Positions 37,101 through 48,840 of a DNA stretch of 64,000 bases are shown in pieces (within the stretch, counting starts at the first letter, position 1; each line of letters starts with the position of its first letter). The notes beneath the pieces were generated by a model. It saw only the letters and a list, made by a program, of their open reading frames with translations, did not search any database and was not told the origin of the DNA. Made by a program: the position numbers and the translations under genes. Origin of the DNA: Marsupella aquatica (taxonomy: Eukaryota > Plantae > Marchantiophyta); the NCBI GenBank assembly GCA_973895155.1, contig OZ316893.1, positions 2,810,430 to 2,874,429 of the forward strand, given 5' to 3'.

Positions 37101-38418
37101 ACACTTAGAAGGTTGGAGGCACCTCCCTCTCTGGCGACCTCATCTCAACCACATCAACTCCAGTGGGGCGAAGTGCCACAGCAATCCACAACGTAAAATT
37201 AGGAGGGCAGGTTTTCATTTGATGCAGGATGTCCTGAATGCACAGGGACACTTCCTGAGGTGGGAGGACGGGCCTAGTGCATTATTACCCCGGAATTGTG
37301 CTTGCGCTTACTAGAAGATGATAGCCAATCTCAAGAGTGTTCCGGAACTGCACCATGAGCCTAGCGGCGTACTCCCTATTTTCATGGAAGCATGGCTTCC
37401 GAATGGCAACCTGTACATCTGGGAGTTCTCTACCACGAGGCAACTCATTACGAACCAATGGCAATTCGCCCAGGCTACCTCAGCACCAAAACGGACCTTC
37501 CAAGTCATCAACAACTGTCTACACAAGATGGCCACTTTTGCACCACCACCGGAGGCACTCCTGCACAGGGTTTTGGTTAGGAAGTTGAGTGCTGCTGCAG
37601 TCCTCATGCTTCGCATCGGGAGGCCCGTCGGCCTTCTAGCACCCTTGCTCCAGCACGAGTGGAAGGATGGCCTTCCGTTCCTGGATACATCCACTGCTCA
37701 TTTACGGGTAATCCAGGGGAGATCCCCTAGTATCCTCCACAAGGCCCTGCACAAATGGGCAATTCGATTGAACTGGACCCCTGACCCTGGAACATTATGG
37801 ACACGCACCTGGCTCCCCTTTCGTGCTGCTTGGGAAAGCTGCTACCTGTGGCAACTGCTTTACCGCATCCCGGCGACACAGCATTGGAGGTTTCCTCGTC
37901 TCCCACCCACTGATCCTAGTCATGGTGCACTAGATGCGGTTTGAACCAACACGAAGACATCGTTCATTGCATTTGGGAGTGTGCTGTGTCTCAGGGCATA
38001 TGAACCTGGGTGCAATCCATTCTTCAACAATGTGCGTTCTCTCACGGAGCAGGACAGATCCTCCTCCTACCAGTCCACATTTTTGTCGGGGCTGAACTTC
38101 CAGATACATGGGACATTCCAACAAAGCTCTGGCATCTTCTCAGGGCTATTATTTGCTGGAATATTTGGAAGGACCGATGCACACACTTTATTGAGCATAC
38201 ATGACCAAATCCTCACGGAGTCATCAGGAAGGCCTGGCAACGCCTTGGCTTACCTCAAACGTGACTGGGCCAAACATAGGGCCAGGATTAGGTCAGGGAA
38301 GACCACCATCACCGATGCACGACTGGACCTGGCCTGGGATTTTGGTGCATGGGATGGCTTATGGCAAATTCATGAAGACACACTTCAGGTTCAACCTGTT
38401 CCTCCGCGTCCTCCATGA
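34083..38418 (+). pseudogene. L1 ORF2 (APE endonuclease - reverse transcriptase - CCHC zf-RVT), disrupted
   Basis: APE motifs: TYNMRGL, LCIQEHK, GVYAPN, LGDFN, RLDRIY, SDHAPV. RT motifs: CPGPDG, KRPITLLN, KLDIIKAFD, RQGCPLSPLLF, LFADD. Zn finger CTRC..EDIVHCIWEC. Stops at 34569, 37312 and about 38001; frameshifts near 35665, 35927, 37070, 37920 and 38200-38240. Confidence 0.93.
35619..35710 (+). repeat. perfect 46-bp tandem duplication inside L1 ORF2 (frameshifting)
   Basis: ttcgtggcaaattggcacacggtgggcccatcgcttcacagagcac at 35619 and 35665; 46 is not a multiple of 3. Confidence 0.95.
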
Positions 38419-39065
38419 ATCAACGGATTCTTTGGGTTTTGAAGCTGCACTACTGGTAGACTGATTGTTTTTCTTTCACGGACCCACTGTTCGGTACCTC
38501 GCCGGTCCCTGTTCACTGGCCGGTCTTTGGGAGTGTGCTGCTCCTGTAGTAGTTTCCAAATTTCTTGTTTGGCTGCCTTTTTTGAGGCGTGGCTTCTTAC
38601 TCGGTTCCGGCTTCACCGGCCCCGGCACCTTGACCTCTGGTCCTTCCGGGTGGTTGCCTTCTTGGGCCCCCCTTTCTGTATTCTGGCTTTTTGAATGGAA
38701 TTCATTGAGTTTTTTGAGGCAAAAAAAAAAAAAAAAGTAGTAGCGCTGGTTTGCGATTCGAGGCAGATTCGAAGGACCGGTTCTGCGACGGTCTCGAAAA
38801 ATGTGCTGGACTCAGGGGTCAAAGACTGTAATTTCGCCTTCGGGCAATGCTAGGATCCATTCCGTGCAAAACCTGGTTGGGAAAAGCGAAAATTGCTCAT
38901 CGAATTTTTTGCTTAGTTTACACTTCCTCACGAATCGTAAATTGCTTGGACCTTTTTCGCAACGTTATCCTTCCGAGCCATAACATATCATTCCCCAGTT
39001 TTCGTTCCAGTTGACGAACTTGCGAGCCGATGATAGTGGAAAGACCCGGTGAAAGAACTGCACGC

Positions 39066-39133
39066 CTCTACTCTACTCTACTCTACTCTACTCTACTCTA
39101 CTCTACTCTACTCTACTCTACTCTACTCTACTC
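39066..39133 (+). repeat. (CTCTA)n microsatellite, about 13 copies
   Basis: Perfect pentanucleotide run. Confidence 0.97.
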
Positions 39134-39223
39134 AGAGCTCTGAACGCTTTCGAGCACTTTCTAGAGGTAACTGTCGAACATTGATTTCAAGCAATACCCT
39201 TTCGGAAGCTGTCAATGTTCTAA

Positions 39224-39628
39224 GGGGGGCTTTACAAGAACTTGGGGGCAGCCATTCCATTTTTTCTAAGTGAAAGATGCAATCCTAGCCATTCATATGT
39301 GGGAACTGGCCACACTTCACTTTACATGAACTTGGGGGCACAATGAACAAAAAGCATTACCGAACCTAGTCATCTGTCAGTGGGCCCCTTGTGGGTCCCT
39401 TTTTTTGGTGAGGTGTGCAAGCTTTTTTGTCAAAAACTTAGACCTCCTCTTGAGGTGGTCTAAAAACTTGGAGCAAACGGCAGCTTGTTTTAAGGGAATT
39501 GCATTGACTACTTCCAGACCTGACACATTTTGGCTCAGGCATTTTAACTTTTGTGGAATGAAATGGCCATCAGCTTTGCTCTGGATGAAGAGAGAGTGAA
39601 GGGCCCCCACCGTCTTGTAAAGCCCCCC
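39224..39628. mobile_element. Tourist-like (PIF/Harbinger) MITE, 405 bp
   Basis: 16-bp perfect TIR GGGGGGCTTTACAAGA ... TCTTGTAAAGCCCCCC flanked by TAA on both sides (39221-39223, 39629-39631). No coding capacity. Confidence 0.88.
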
Positions 39629-41057
39629 TAAATGTCAGGACATGATTTGGTTTGGGGAGTTCCACTCTAGGTGACTAGAGAACATTTAAACAACGGCCAC
39701 CACCGAAAAGTAAAAGTCTCTAAAAATCAAATGAGGGGCAAAATACAGACAAGACTAGGTCGATTGTTTGGAGGGAAGCATAATGACATGAGACTTCCAA
39801 GTTGAGACAATCATGCTGTTGGCGGATCTAAGCAGCTGGAGTAATTTCCTGACGTTAGAAACGAGAAGTACGAACAAGATTCAGACCTGTTCTTACGTTC
39901 AGGTATGAATCTTGCTTCTACTGCTTTGAAGCTTGCTTTTGTTTTCTCGGGAGAATTACTACTATATAGTTTGAGTCTTCTCAGTTGCAGTCAAACTAAT
40001 CTGACTGTATAATTGCAGTCAAAGTTAAACTTAAGGGCCTACGCTCTAGAGTGAAGCATCTAGACAAATAATGAATCTAGATGCATAACTGAAGTTACGG
40101 AGATGAAAACAGGGATTGTAGACAGGTCTATGATAATGGCACAGCGGCCTTCAATGTCCTCACCTCTACTTGTGCTCAAAGGAACAGGTACTCAGGCTAC
40201 TGATTGAGCAATGAAGAAGACTTTTAAAAGAAATAGACGCCTCTTTTCATTGTAATCCAGTACTGACAGTGCATGATCTCGACTAATACAGTGAATCTAA
40301 ATTCCCCAAATTGAGCGCACCAACATAATACATCATACGCAACTGCATGCAGAATAGAGGCAACTAATTCTAAGTTTTCTTCTCAAACTTGAAACTATCG
40401 AGAACGAATGAGGCATGTTAGTATAGTTAGAGCTACAAGATACGGAGTCATAGAAACATTCAGACATATCCGTGCATTGGTCACTGTTGCATCCTCCAGA
40501 GTACCACTAATGACAAAAATTGTAGAATTATATAACCATCAATGAATGAACATTGCAATTGAATTCTGCTCACTTAAACGACAGAAGTAAACGAGGTTTT
40601 AAGTCTAGTCTCTTTGTTGGCATCGCCTTGGGCATTATGGCCTCCTGTACTGAATAAAGTATCCGACGGTTTAGGTCAAAACGTTAATAGGGAAAGAAGG
40701 CTTTCCGACAGTGCTTCTGTATGGGCCTTTGATCGATTCTCCTTCCATCAGTCGGTAAGCGACTCTAAGCATTGGACAGCACAAATTACTTTCGAAAGTC
40801 ACAAATTTGAGCCTTGCAAGGTATTGCTCTGGAAACTCATTACTTGCATATTCTCGGTAGAACTTTCCACGGATAGTAAGTAATGGAGCTGGGAAAATGT
40901 CTGCAGATTTCTTTGCAGATATTCCTTTGTAATCCCTCCTCAGGTAATTGAAGTCCTTGGATTCAATACTCTAAATACGCTGCAGAGTTCGTATTGCAAG
41001 ACTTTTGGCCGTTGAGGTGCTCAATGTCCGAGTCTTAGCGCGCATTGCGCTTTGGCG

Positions 41058-43802
41058 CTAGTGACGTAGGTGGTCCCTTAACTGGCTCTGCGAACGTGGA
41101 GTATGTTGTAGGTGGTCCTTTAACTGGCTCTGCAAACCTGAAGTATGACGTAAGTGGTCCTTCAACTGGCTCTGCACACCTGAAGTATGAGCGGGAGATA
41201 AGGTAGAGATTGCGGGCAGCACGTAAAACTTACGATGGGTTGGAGTGCTACTAGCTTCTATGTGCATCATTCGATGGTGCCACGGATCAGAGGCGCTCAT
41301 GGAAGATTGAGAAGTTTCACTGTCGAATGAATTCCCCTGTTGCACGCGTTGAACCTTGCTTGCATCAACATCGGTCAAGGGCACGGTTGGACGACGAGGC
41401 GAGCTCCCTTTCTTTCTGGTAATGACTCGCAAGATCTCTGCAGATTTTGCTCTCCACGGAGACTTCTTTCTCGGCTTTGGCTCTTCTTGCGGATCGCGAT
41501 CTTTGCCAGTGCTGCTGCTTCTAGATTTAGATCCGACCTTGAACTGGTTGGCGAGCCACCTTTGGAAGCTGGAGCCCGGGGAGGAGGGGGTTTGTGCCTT
41601 AGCAACTGTCATCGAGGAGGGCATTGAGCAAGCCTGCGATACGGAGGTTGAGGTTGTTACAGGTTGACCAGTTTGGTTCTCCTTCTTCGTTTGCACAAAC
41701 AACCTTGTGTAGGTATCTTGTTGATCCAAGGATAGAGAGCTCTTGTGCGACATTTTCGGACGCTCCAGCTGTAGAGAATTCTTCTTGTTCGCACTGAGCC
41801 GAGAAGACTGAATTGGTGAATCCATATGGGGGCCACCAGATTTGGATTGGGAGGAAGTATCCATGCGCTGATGCTTCGCTTTAAGGGTCGGAGATTGGGT
41901 CGGAGATTTCGACCTCTGAAGAGGTTGGGAAAAACTCCCCAGGGGCTTTCTACATAATTCCGGACCAGCAGCAACAGAATACCTCCTGGAACGCGACAAA
42001 GTATTCTCACCGGCTGCCTCAGCGCCACCAACTGAAGAAGGTCTGCTTGAGCTCAACGACAAGGGACTCCGGCCTAACTCAGGTGGAGCAACTACTGAAA
42101 TCCTCCTTAAGGTTGACAAGGGAATTGCACGTGATTCAGGGGCTGCAGTTGAAATTCTCCTTGGGGAGCTCTTGTGGTCGGACAAGTCCGTGGAAAGAAG
42201 CTTCTGTTTCTCGATTTGGGAAATCAATGCAGACGGCTTTGGAAGAGTGTCGCTCGAACTTATCACCCGCATAGTGACTGACGATCTGCTCGAGTTCTTA
42301 GAATTGGAGGAAGTCTCGTGCCCACCGGGCGACGCCGGTATCTTGTTCCTGTTCACGGCAGGAGGACGAGGCTTGTTCTCCTGAGAGGAATCGAGCAGAG
42401 ATTTTACAATCGAATCACGCCGACAGGACTGCGTGCCTCTGGAGGCATTGTGCTTATCTCTTAAGCCAGCGCTGAGCACTTTATCTGAGAGCAAAGACTT
42501 CCCGATCTCTGGCTCATCACTCTGGCTCTGTCCAAGTAGGTCTCTGGCAACAGCTGGGTATCGAGCAGAACCGCCAACTGGCCTTCTAAGTGTTTGCGAA
42601 GAATCTACTCTACCACGAGTCCCGTTGGACTCGAAGGCTGCCGGTGCAATTTTTGTTTCCAACTCCTTTCGAGCTGAGAGGGAAGTCCGCTTTGCGCCCT
42701 GCTTAATCAATTGACGACGAGGAGATTCGCCAGAATCCATCTCTACACCGTTTCCCAGAAAATCCTCCGAGTGCTCCAATCGGCTGGGGAACCCATTTTC
42801 TCCCTGCTGCTGCATCTGCTGGACTGATTCGGTGGAATCTCTTGCAATCCGTTTGGAATCTGTGGCCTCTTTGCTTTGAGTCCCACGAATACTTGGGTCC
42901 TCGCCAGCTATCCTTAGCTCCCCGGTGCTATACAGCTCCCGTTTCGTTTGCGACAACGATGTGGTCGAGTGAGTGACGTCTTCATTGCCATTGATAGGTG
43001 AAAGAGCCGCACGGAATGATGCAGTAAAACTTTCGTGTCTACCTACCCGATTACCATTGCTCGATGCCGAGGGATTCTCAGGCTCGTCAGCGGGCTGTCT
43101 CACGACAGCGAGATTTAAACGAGATAAAGCAGCGGACCGTGAGAGACTTGGAGGTGCTGTTGGTCTGGGAGTAACAACTACCTGTGGCCCCATGTTTGAG
43201 CCTCTTCTCCGATTATCAAGATAATTCTCCATCGTCGCAGAAATCGTTACAGTGGAAGGAGAGGCATTCCCTTCACCGATGGTGGAGAAACCGTTGTACT
43301 GTGGTAGGAGCCGAGAGATTGGCAGTGATGGAGACCCAGGCATGCTGCTGGCAGGACTGTTACTTGACTCATCATCTAGCTCGTGATCTCCGACACGGAC
43401 CTGGTCACGGTTCATATCGTCATAGGTCTCCGTTACCCGTTCAGCCTTGGTGTTATCGAAATGTCGAGAGAGAGGCCATCTTCCAGTACCAGTGGTCCTC
43501 GTTGTCTCCCCGGCTGAGCTTCTTTTATGATCGGTAGTCCGCAGCTGATCTGGGGCATTGGAATGGAATTGCAGCTTCAATTTCTGAATGCGTTCTTTGA
43601 TGATTCGATCTGTTTCTTCAGCCAAGTAAGAGACCACCAGTCTGTCGCTTTCGGGAGAGTATTCGTTTGTGGTCTGGTCCGTGACTATTGGCTTAGGAGC
43701 GGTCCATTGGTCACGGACCACAGCTGTGCTTGTCAATCCCCTCCAAATTGCGGGCGCTTCCTTGACTACGGCGTGATCACTCTTAGCGACACCTGAACCC
43801 TC
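41058..43802 (-). CDS. large Ser/Arg/Pro-rich, probably intrinsically disordered protein, main exon
   Basis: More than 900 open codons. The ORF opens on TTG, so an upstream exon is needed. Candidate phase-0 acceptor ttctcag|GAG at 43802. No domain recognised. Confidence 0.8.
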   Translation of the reverse strand, partial: EGSGVAKSDHAVVKEAPAIWRGLTSTAVVRDQWTAPKPIVTDQTTNEYSPESDRLVVSYLAEETDRIIKERIQKLKLQFHSNAPDQLRTTDHKRSSAGETTRTTGTGRWPLSRHFDNTKAERVTETYDDMNRDQVRVGDHELDDESSNSPASSMPGSPSLPISRLLPQYNGFSTIGEGNASPSTVTISATMENYLDNRRRGSNMGPQVVVTPRPTAPPSLSRSAALSRLNLAVVRQPADEPENPSASSNGNRVGRHESFTASFRAALSPINGNEDVTHSTTSLSQTKRELYSTGELRIAGEDPSIRGTQSKEATDSKRIARDSTESVQQMQQQGENGFPSRLEHSEDFLGNGVEMDSGESPRRQLIKQGAKRTSLSARKELETKIAPAAFESNGTRGRVDSSQTLRRPVGGSARYPAVARDLLGQSQSDEPEIGKSLLSDKVLSAGLRDKHNASRGTQSCRRDSIVKSLLDSSQENKPRPPAVNRNKIPASPGGHETSSNSKNSSRSSVTMRVISSSDTLPKPSALISQIEKQKLLSTDLSDHKSSPRRISTAAPESRAIPLSTLRRISVVAPPELGRSPLSLSSSRPSSVGGAEAAGENTLSRSRRYSVAAGPELCRKPLGSFSQPLQRSKSPTQSPTLKAKHQRMDTSSQSKSGGPHMDSPIQSSRLSANKKNSLQLERPKMSHKSSLSLDQQDTYTRLFVQTKKENQTGQPVTTSTSVSQACSMPSSMTVAKAQTPSSPGSSFQRWLANQFKVGSKSRSSSTGKDRDPQEEPKPRKKSPWRAKSAEILRVITRKKGSSPRRPTVPLTDVDASKVQRVQQGNSFDSETSQSSMSASDPWHHRMMHIEASSTPTHRKFYVLPAISTLSPAHTSGVQSQLKDHLRHTSGLQSQLKDHLQHTPRSQSQLRDHLRH
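41061..41189 (-). repeat. 3 x 42-bp coding repeat (HTSGxQSQLKDHLR)
   Basis: HTSGVQSQLKDHLR / HTSGLQSQLKDHLQ / HTPRSQSQLRDHLR immediately before the stop. Confidence 0.9.
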
Positions 43803-44393
43803 CTGAGAACCATTCACACAATTACAAAGAGCTGACAATGAATATCCTCACATCAACGATTCCTCACAAATGCATCCTTTTCGCAAGTTTCCCGGTACAC
43901 CAACATACCGTGGAAAATTCGTCACACCTCAAACCGAGGCTCAGTTAAGCATGTTACATGCAAGTTGGCGACCATCACATCACAAGAAATAGCCTCAGGA
44001 GTAATGATAAGAGCTCGTGGCAGTCCGCTCATCAGTGTCAACACCCTGGATCCAAAAGCGCTTTTGGATCCACGTAACATTTGTCATTCACTATCTCCGT
44101 AATATAGTGAATATTACTAATAACAAGAACAGGTCGTCGTTATGAAGTTGCTCTGATGTAAGCATTGTCTATTGGGAACAACTGTCTAAACAGTAGGTTG
44201 CCGTGAAGATATTGGTCAGAAGTCACGTGCACTGTGGATGTCTCTCAAGAATGCTCACTTTCCATCTCTAGAGAGAATTTTGAGAATTTTGAGAATTTTG
44301 GCTCTAAGTGCAACCTCCAAGCACAAACTAAAATATAATTATCGAGTTCGGAATGTTGTGAAAGAGTCAGTTTAGAGAGCAGGTAAGAGGCAC

Positions 44394-44606
44394 CTTGAAG
44401 GATGCAGACAGATGAGCATGATTTAAGGATCGGAGACGACGTATAGCAGCTGCGCTGCTCGGGATTCTTGTCGTGTCCGCGGAATCCATTGAAGGGGTGC
44501 GAATGCGCCGCACAGACTCTCCTCTCCGGGCCGGCGACTCAGCGGGGCTCTGGATTGCTCTTCGAGGACTATCTGCGCCTCCAAATCTCCCTGATCGCCC
44601 GTTCAT
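44394..44606 (-). CDS. probable first coding exon of the Ser/Arg-rich protein (MNGRSGRFGG...SASFK)
   Basis: ATG at 44606 and the same S/R-rich composition. Donor AAG|GTGCCT is phase 0, matching the 43802 acceptor (591-nt intron). An upstream acceptor gctttgctttacag (about 44729) and donor GTAAGT (about 47144) suggest a long 5' UTR intron. Confidence 0.55.
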
Positions 44607-47600
44607 AGATCCATTCTGGAACAGAGCCAGCACAGATATTTACGCTTTAGGATTACCACGACTATAGCTAATTAAGAGAGTGAATAAACGATAGAACTTC
44701 AATTGGCGTCTTGAAACTTACGACGATCCTGTAAAGCAAAGCAGAGAAGGAACAGAGAGACGGCTGGAAGCGAATGAGCTCTACCGGATGCCATCTGGAA
44801 GCGATAAGCCGCTTTAATTATGACATTCATCGATCCTTTGGTTTTATGCACTTCGGTGCAATAGACAATGTTAAAATTTTGTCCGGACCCCTGAAGTTCT
44901 CAAGAGGTTACAAACCAGTCCCAGTGGGAGTACGGGATAGAATACATGACTAAAGTTTGTCTGAGTACCTTTTCTTCAGCACTCGGATCAAGACTGTCGG
45001 AAATAATATATGCCAGACAGTAGTGAATATCTTTTGTATCAAACTAAAATCCAGTCATAGTTGCATTGGACCAGGGAGCAACTGAGCCATTCATGAAGAC
45101 TTGACCCGACGAGGTTACTTATTAGGGAGTATTATTCTAGTTCAAGAAGACGGCAACAGGAAATTCATGGACAGAGTTGTGAACGATCTGGTGAGGGTTC
45201 TTCTGACTGAACACCGGTCACTAGTAAGGCAGGAAGGGAGACATCACCAATGGAGAAGGAACGGTAGATCAACAAAGCGCATAGTCTATAACAGTCTTCC
45301 AACATTCACTACTAAACTGCAGAATCAAATTGAGAATCACATCAACGAACACTAACTTGACAACCAAATCAACAGGAAGCGAGGCACGCACTAATATAGT
45401 CGGCCTCCCATTTAGAGCGCGGATGTGTGTGAAATGGTTCGCACCTGTATTGATAGCCGGTCATTACTGGACAAATTCTGTGAACCACTCGACCCACTGC
45501 TTGACATGTGATCTTCCCTGGAAACCCACGTCAACTTCGTTCGAGCCGCGTCCAATGACAAATCTGGCTCGCTGGTCCTGGACTCCTTCAGCCTTCTCAA
45601 ATTGCCCTTGACGCTAGCAAACGAGCCATTTCGGCACGGGCTTCCATCGAAATTTGACTCTGTCCACCAGAGTGCACCAGTGAACGGGTCCCTGGGACTC
45701 TCCAAAGCGCTCGGACTCTCCAACATGATGTAGTAGAATTAGGAATCTAACAATAAATTGTTGTTATGCTGCCTCTCCGTGTTCACAAATTTCTAGTAAA
45801 TGAAATGAAACAAGTTCCTATGGCCTGTAGGAATCACTCTACTTGTTCATCGTTAGTACTACATGGCATTTCTCTGAGGATCAATGTCAACCAAGTCCCA
45901 GATGCAGGGTCGCTAGACCCTAATGAGTTACCTATCCTCTGCTATGTGTGACTTTGGCACAAAATTGAGGATGTATCATATAGCCTGTGCCCAATTTGAA
46001 TGTTCGTCGGACAGGCGCACCTCCACGGCTCACACTCTCTGCTTCAACGTCCTCAATCCTGGTACCTGCGTCTCCGCGCTCATTTGATCTTGATTTGGTG
46101 TGCACGATACAGCCTGGTTCGCCATCTATTGCAGCGGCCGGAATGCTCTTCCTGGTCAGCTCTCTAGAGTAGTAGTACAGCCTGCAATACAAACAGACAT
46201 GTTCCGCTATCACTGAATTTCTCGTCGAGCGTTATGCTTCCTCCTCCATGTTCCCCGCCCTTCACCTTCGCTCTCTAGTTGCGTGCTATAATAACGAAGA
46301 AAGCGAAACAAAAAATGTGCTTTCAAGCAATCAATTCATCCCTCGGTCCCCTTCCTCCGGTAGTACTTACTCCGTCTCTGTCTATGTCAGGTGGTATTTA
46401 TTCATTGATCCTGCTGCGTTCTCTCTTTTACCGTATACGTTCCATAAATGAGCCAACCATACTCAACTAAAAAGCATGGCAAGGCTATCAAAAGCGGCCA
46501 GAGTATCGTAATAGAAAATGGCAACAAGAAGAAAAAGAAACGGAAAAAAAAACACCTAACGAACTCCGAAATAAAGACTAACCACAGCGTAGCGCCAACC
46601 GCCAACTAGTGCATCGCACGGGAGACATGCCTTCGTTATCTACAGAAGTGAGACACAGAACCACTCGATCGATGATGACTTACTTCTGTAGGACCAACTT
46701 CATCGTCTCTGCGTTACTTACCACGTCCTTAAGAGATTTAGACAATTATTGGTTTAGAATACCACTTTTCGAGCGAGAGGACGAACGTGTGCCACTTAAT
46801 CTTCTACGAAAGTGGCAACTAAAAGCATCAAAAGCAGCATCGAAGTAACTCGAGCAGCATTTAGATGTCTCGGAGGAGAAGCAGCATCCGGTGAGAAGCA
46901 GCATCCGGTGAGAGCTCCAAGACGAGGAATTATGCTGATTTAAAAGCCATCTACTCTCGCTACTGTAACCGACCGACTTGCGGTCACGGATGAGGCAACC
47001 TCAATTATTGTCTTAAATTCCCGATAAGGCTCGTTCCGTTCATCAAATTCAAAAAACAAAATTGCTGGAATCTGCTGACGAAAGTTCGGAAAACCTCTGC
47101 TAGCTCTCAAATTGCAACTGGTTGGCGATTTGAGCTCCACTTACGCTATTAACCATAGTTTTGGCCTGGCTAGGACCTTCTGTCTATGCTTTCAACTGCA
47201 TTATTTACAACAAGCTACGCCAACAGTGTCTTTGGAAACGGAAGCCCGACCGGACCCGACCCCGCCCCGCCTGTGATGGCTAGCATGCCTGCTGCTACTG
47301 TGATGGCCTCTAGCTTGCGACCTGCCTGCCTGCTCATCTCCCGTCGATCTCTCAAATCGAAGCTACGAAACGGAAAGAAAAGAAAAGATTGCCTCCTTTT
47401 GCAGAGCGGACAACACAAGAAGTGTGCACGGTTAAACTCCTAAACTTCCATCATCACAATCGAAAGGTAAAGCCGGATGGTGTTGCGAAACTCATTCTTC
47501 CTAGAAAATTGGAGCCTATCTGGTTGGTGGTAGGAATCCGCAGCTTCTGAAGCTCAAGCCGTGCGTAATGTTCAGCCTTTTCCCGTGACAATAGAAGCTC

Positions 47601-47655
47601 GGTTCTCTAAAGCTTACTTCGAGCAGCTTGCGAAGGATTGAAGCAGCCTTTGTCC

Positions 47656-47769
47656 GAATTCTCTCGATTGAAATTAAAGCGGGGTGTTCTCAAATTCTAA
47701 ATAATTCTTCGTTCGAAATTAAAGAAAATATGTGTACGAATTCTCTTGATTGAAATTGAAGCGGGGTGA
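47656..47769 (+). repeat. about 32-bp direct repeat upstream of the Ser/Arg-rich gene
   Basis: cgaattctct(c/t)gattgaaatt(a/g)aagcgggg at 47656 and 47737. Confidence 0.75.
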
Positions 47770-48664
47770 TTCTGGTCTGACCGCAGAACTCGACTAAAGC
47801 GTGGGGTGGACCAGATGTGGATTGGGTCAACCATGGTTAGAGAATTGAGCCTGTTCCAATGTGTTTCAAGTTTCAAGATCACACAAGCCCAATGAACTTC
47901 TTGCCTTGACCATAGAAAGCCTCGAAAGAAATCAACGAGCACCAATTTTACGTCAAATTAGAGCTTTCCATCTTCTGATTATTCCAAATAGTAAATTGTG
48001 ATCTGGTTGAAAGGGCTACTCTCCAGATCTGATGGCTCTCCTTAAGTTTAGGGAGATCTGACCGTGAATATCAATAAGTGAGAAATACAATGACAGCAAT
48101 TACCTCTCAAGGGATAGACAGCTTTACCTCCGTTTTACACATATTAAAAGAAAGGTGACAGAGGTCATGACATAACGCCTTAGCCATGTTTTCCTTTCCA
48201 TTTTGTACTAACCTGTCCCAAAAATTGATCTACATTTGTAAGCAGTCCCCCAAACTATTTAATTGTCAACTAAACTGCTTTCAGAACACATTAGTGAAAA
48301 ATCTTAATCTGCACTGGTGTAGAGAACCAAGATAATAGCGGGACTACGTACAGTAGGCTGCAGTCTCTTAAGAGGGTCAGCCCTCAGCAGAACATTAGAT
48401 GGAAGGAGACTCAGGACAGCCCTCAAAAGGGCAGATCCAAGCAGAGACAGGATGTTAAGGGAGCCATCTTGCAATGGCTGTTCACTGGTTTGATTAGGTG
48501 CGGTCATGAGCCCATGGCCGCCCAGCGCTTGTCGCCCTCTTAGTTTTGCTTGGGCGGTTTTTGCCCCCTTGCGTGGTATTGATGGCCTGGCACCCCCTTA
48601 TTTCAAACCAAAAAATTAATTAATTAAATGGAATGTAATTAATATAAAACACTGCCAAAGCACA

Positions 48665-48840
48665 AAAGATGTCATACAGAGGACAGGATACCAGAGGCAA
48701 GAAACCCAATAGAGTGAAGAAAAGATGTCATTCAGGGAGACAGGATACCAAAGGCAAGTAACCTCATGGAGGGAAGAAAAAATGGCATACAGGGACACTG
48801 CAGGATACCAAAGGCAAGAATCCTAAGAGAGGGGAGAAAA
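48665..48840 (+). repeat. about 57-60-bp minisatellite, 3 diverged copies
   Basis: Recurring aaa.atg.cat.cag....caggatacca.aggcaag.aa.c core. Confidence 0.8.

Larger units (their letters stand above)
32368..38733 (+). mobile_element. full-length L1-clade LINE retrotransposon, decayed
   Basis: 16-bp TSD AAAGTAGTAGCGCTGG at 32352-32367 and 38734-38749, poly(A) at 38721-38736, ORF1 plus APE-RT ORF2. Confidence 0.95.

Noticed and set aside
32054-38822. Minus-strand ORF that becomes continuous when the L1 is removed
   Set aside because: TTG start, about 130 aa and no recognisable motif. More likely non-coding sequence.
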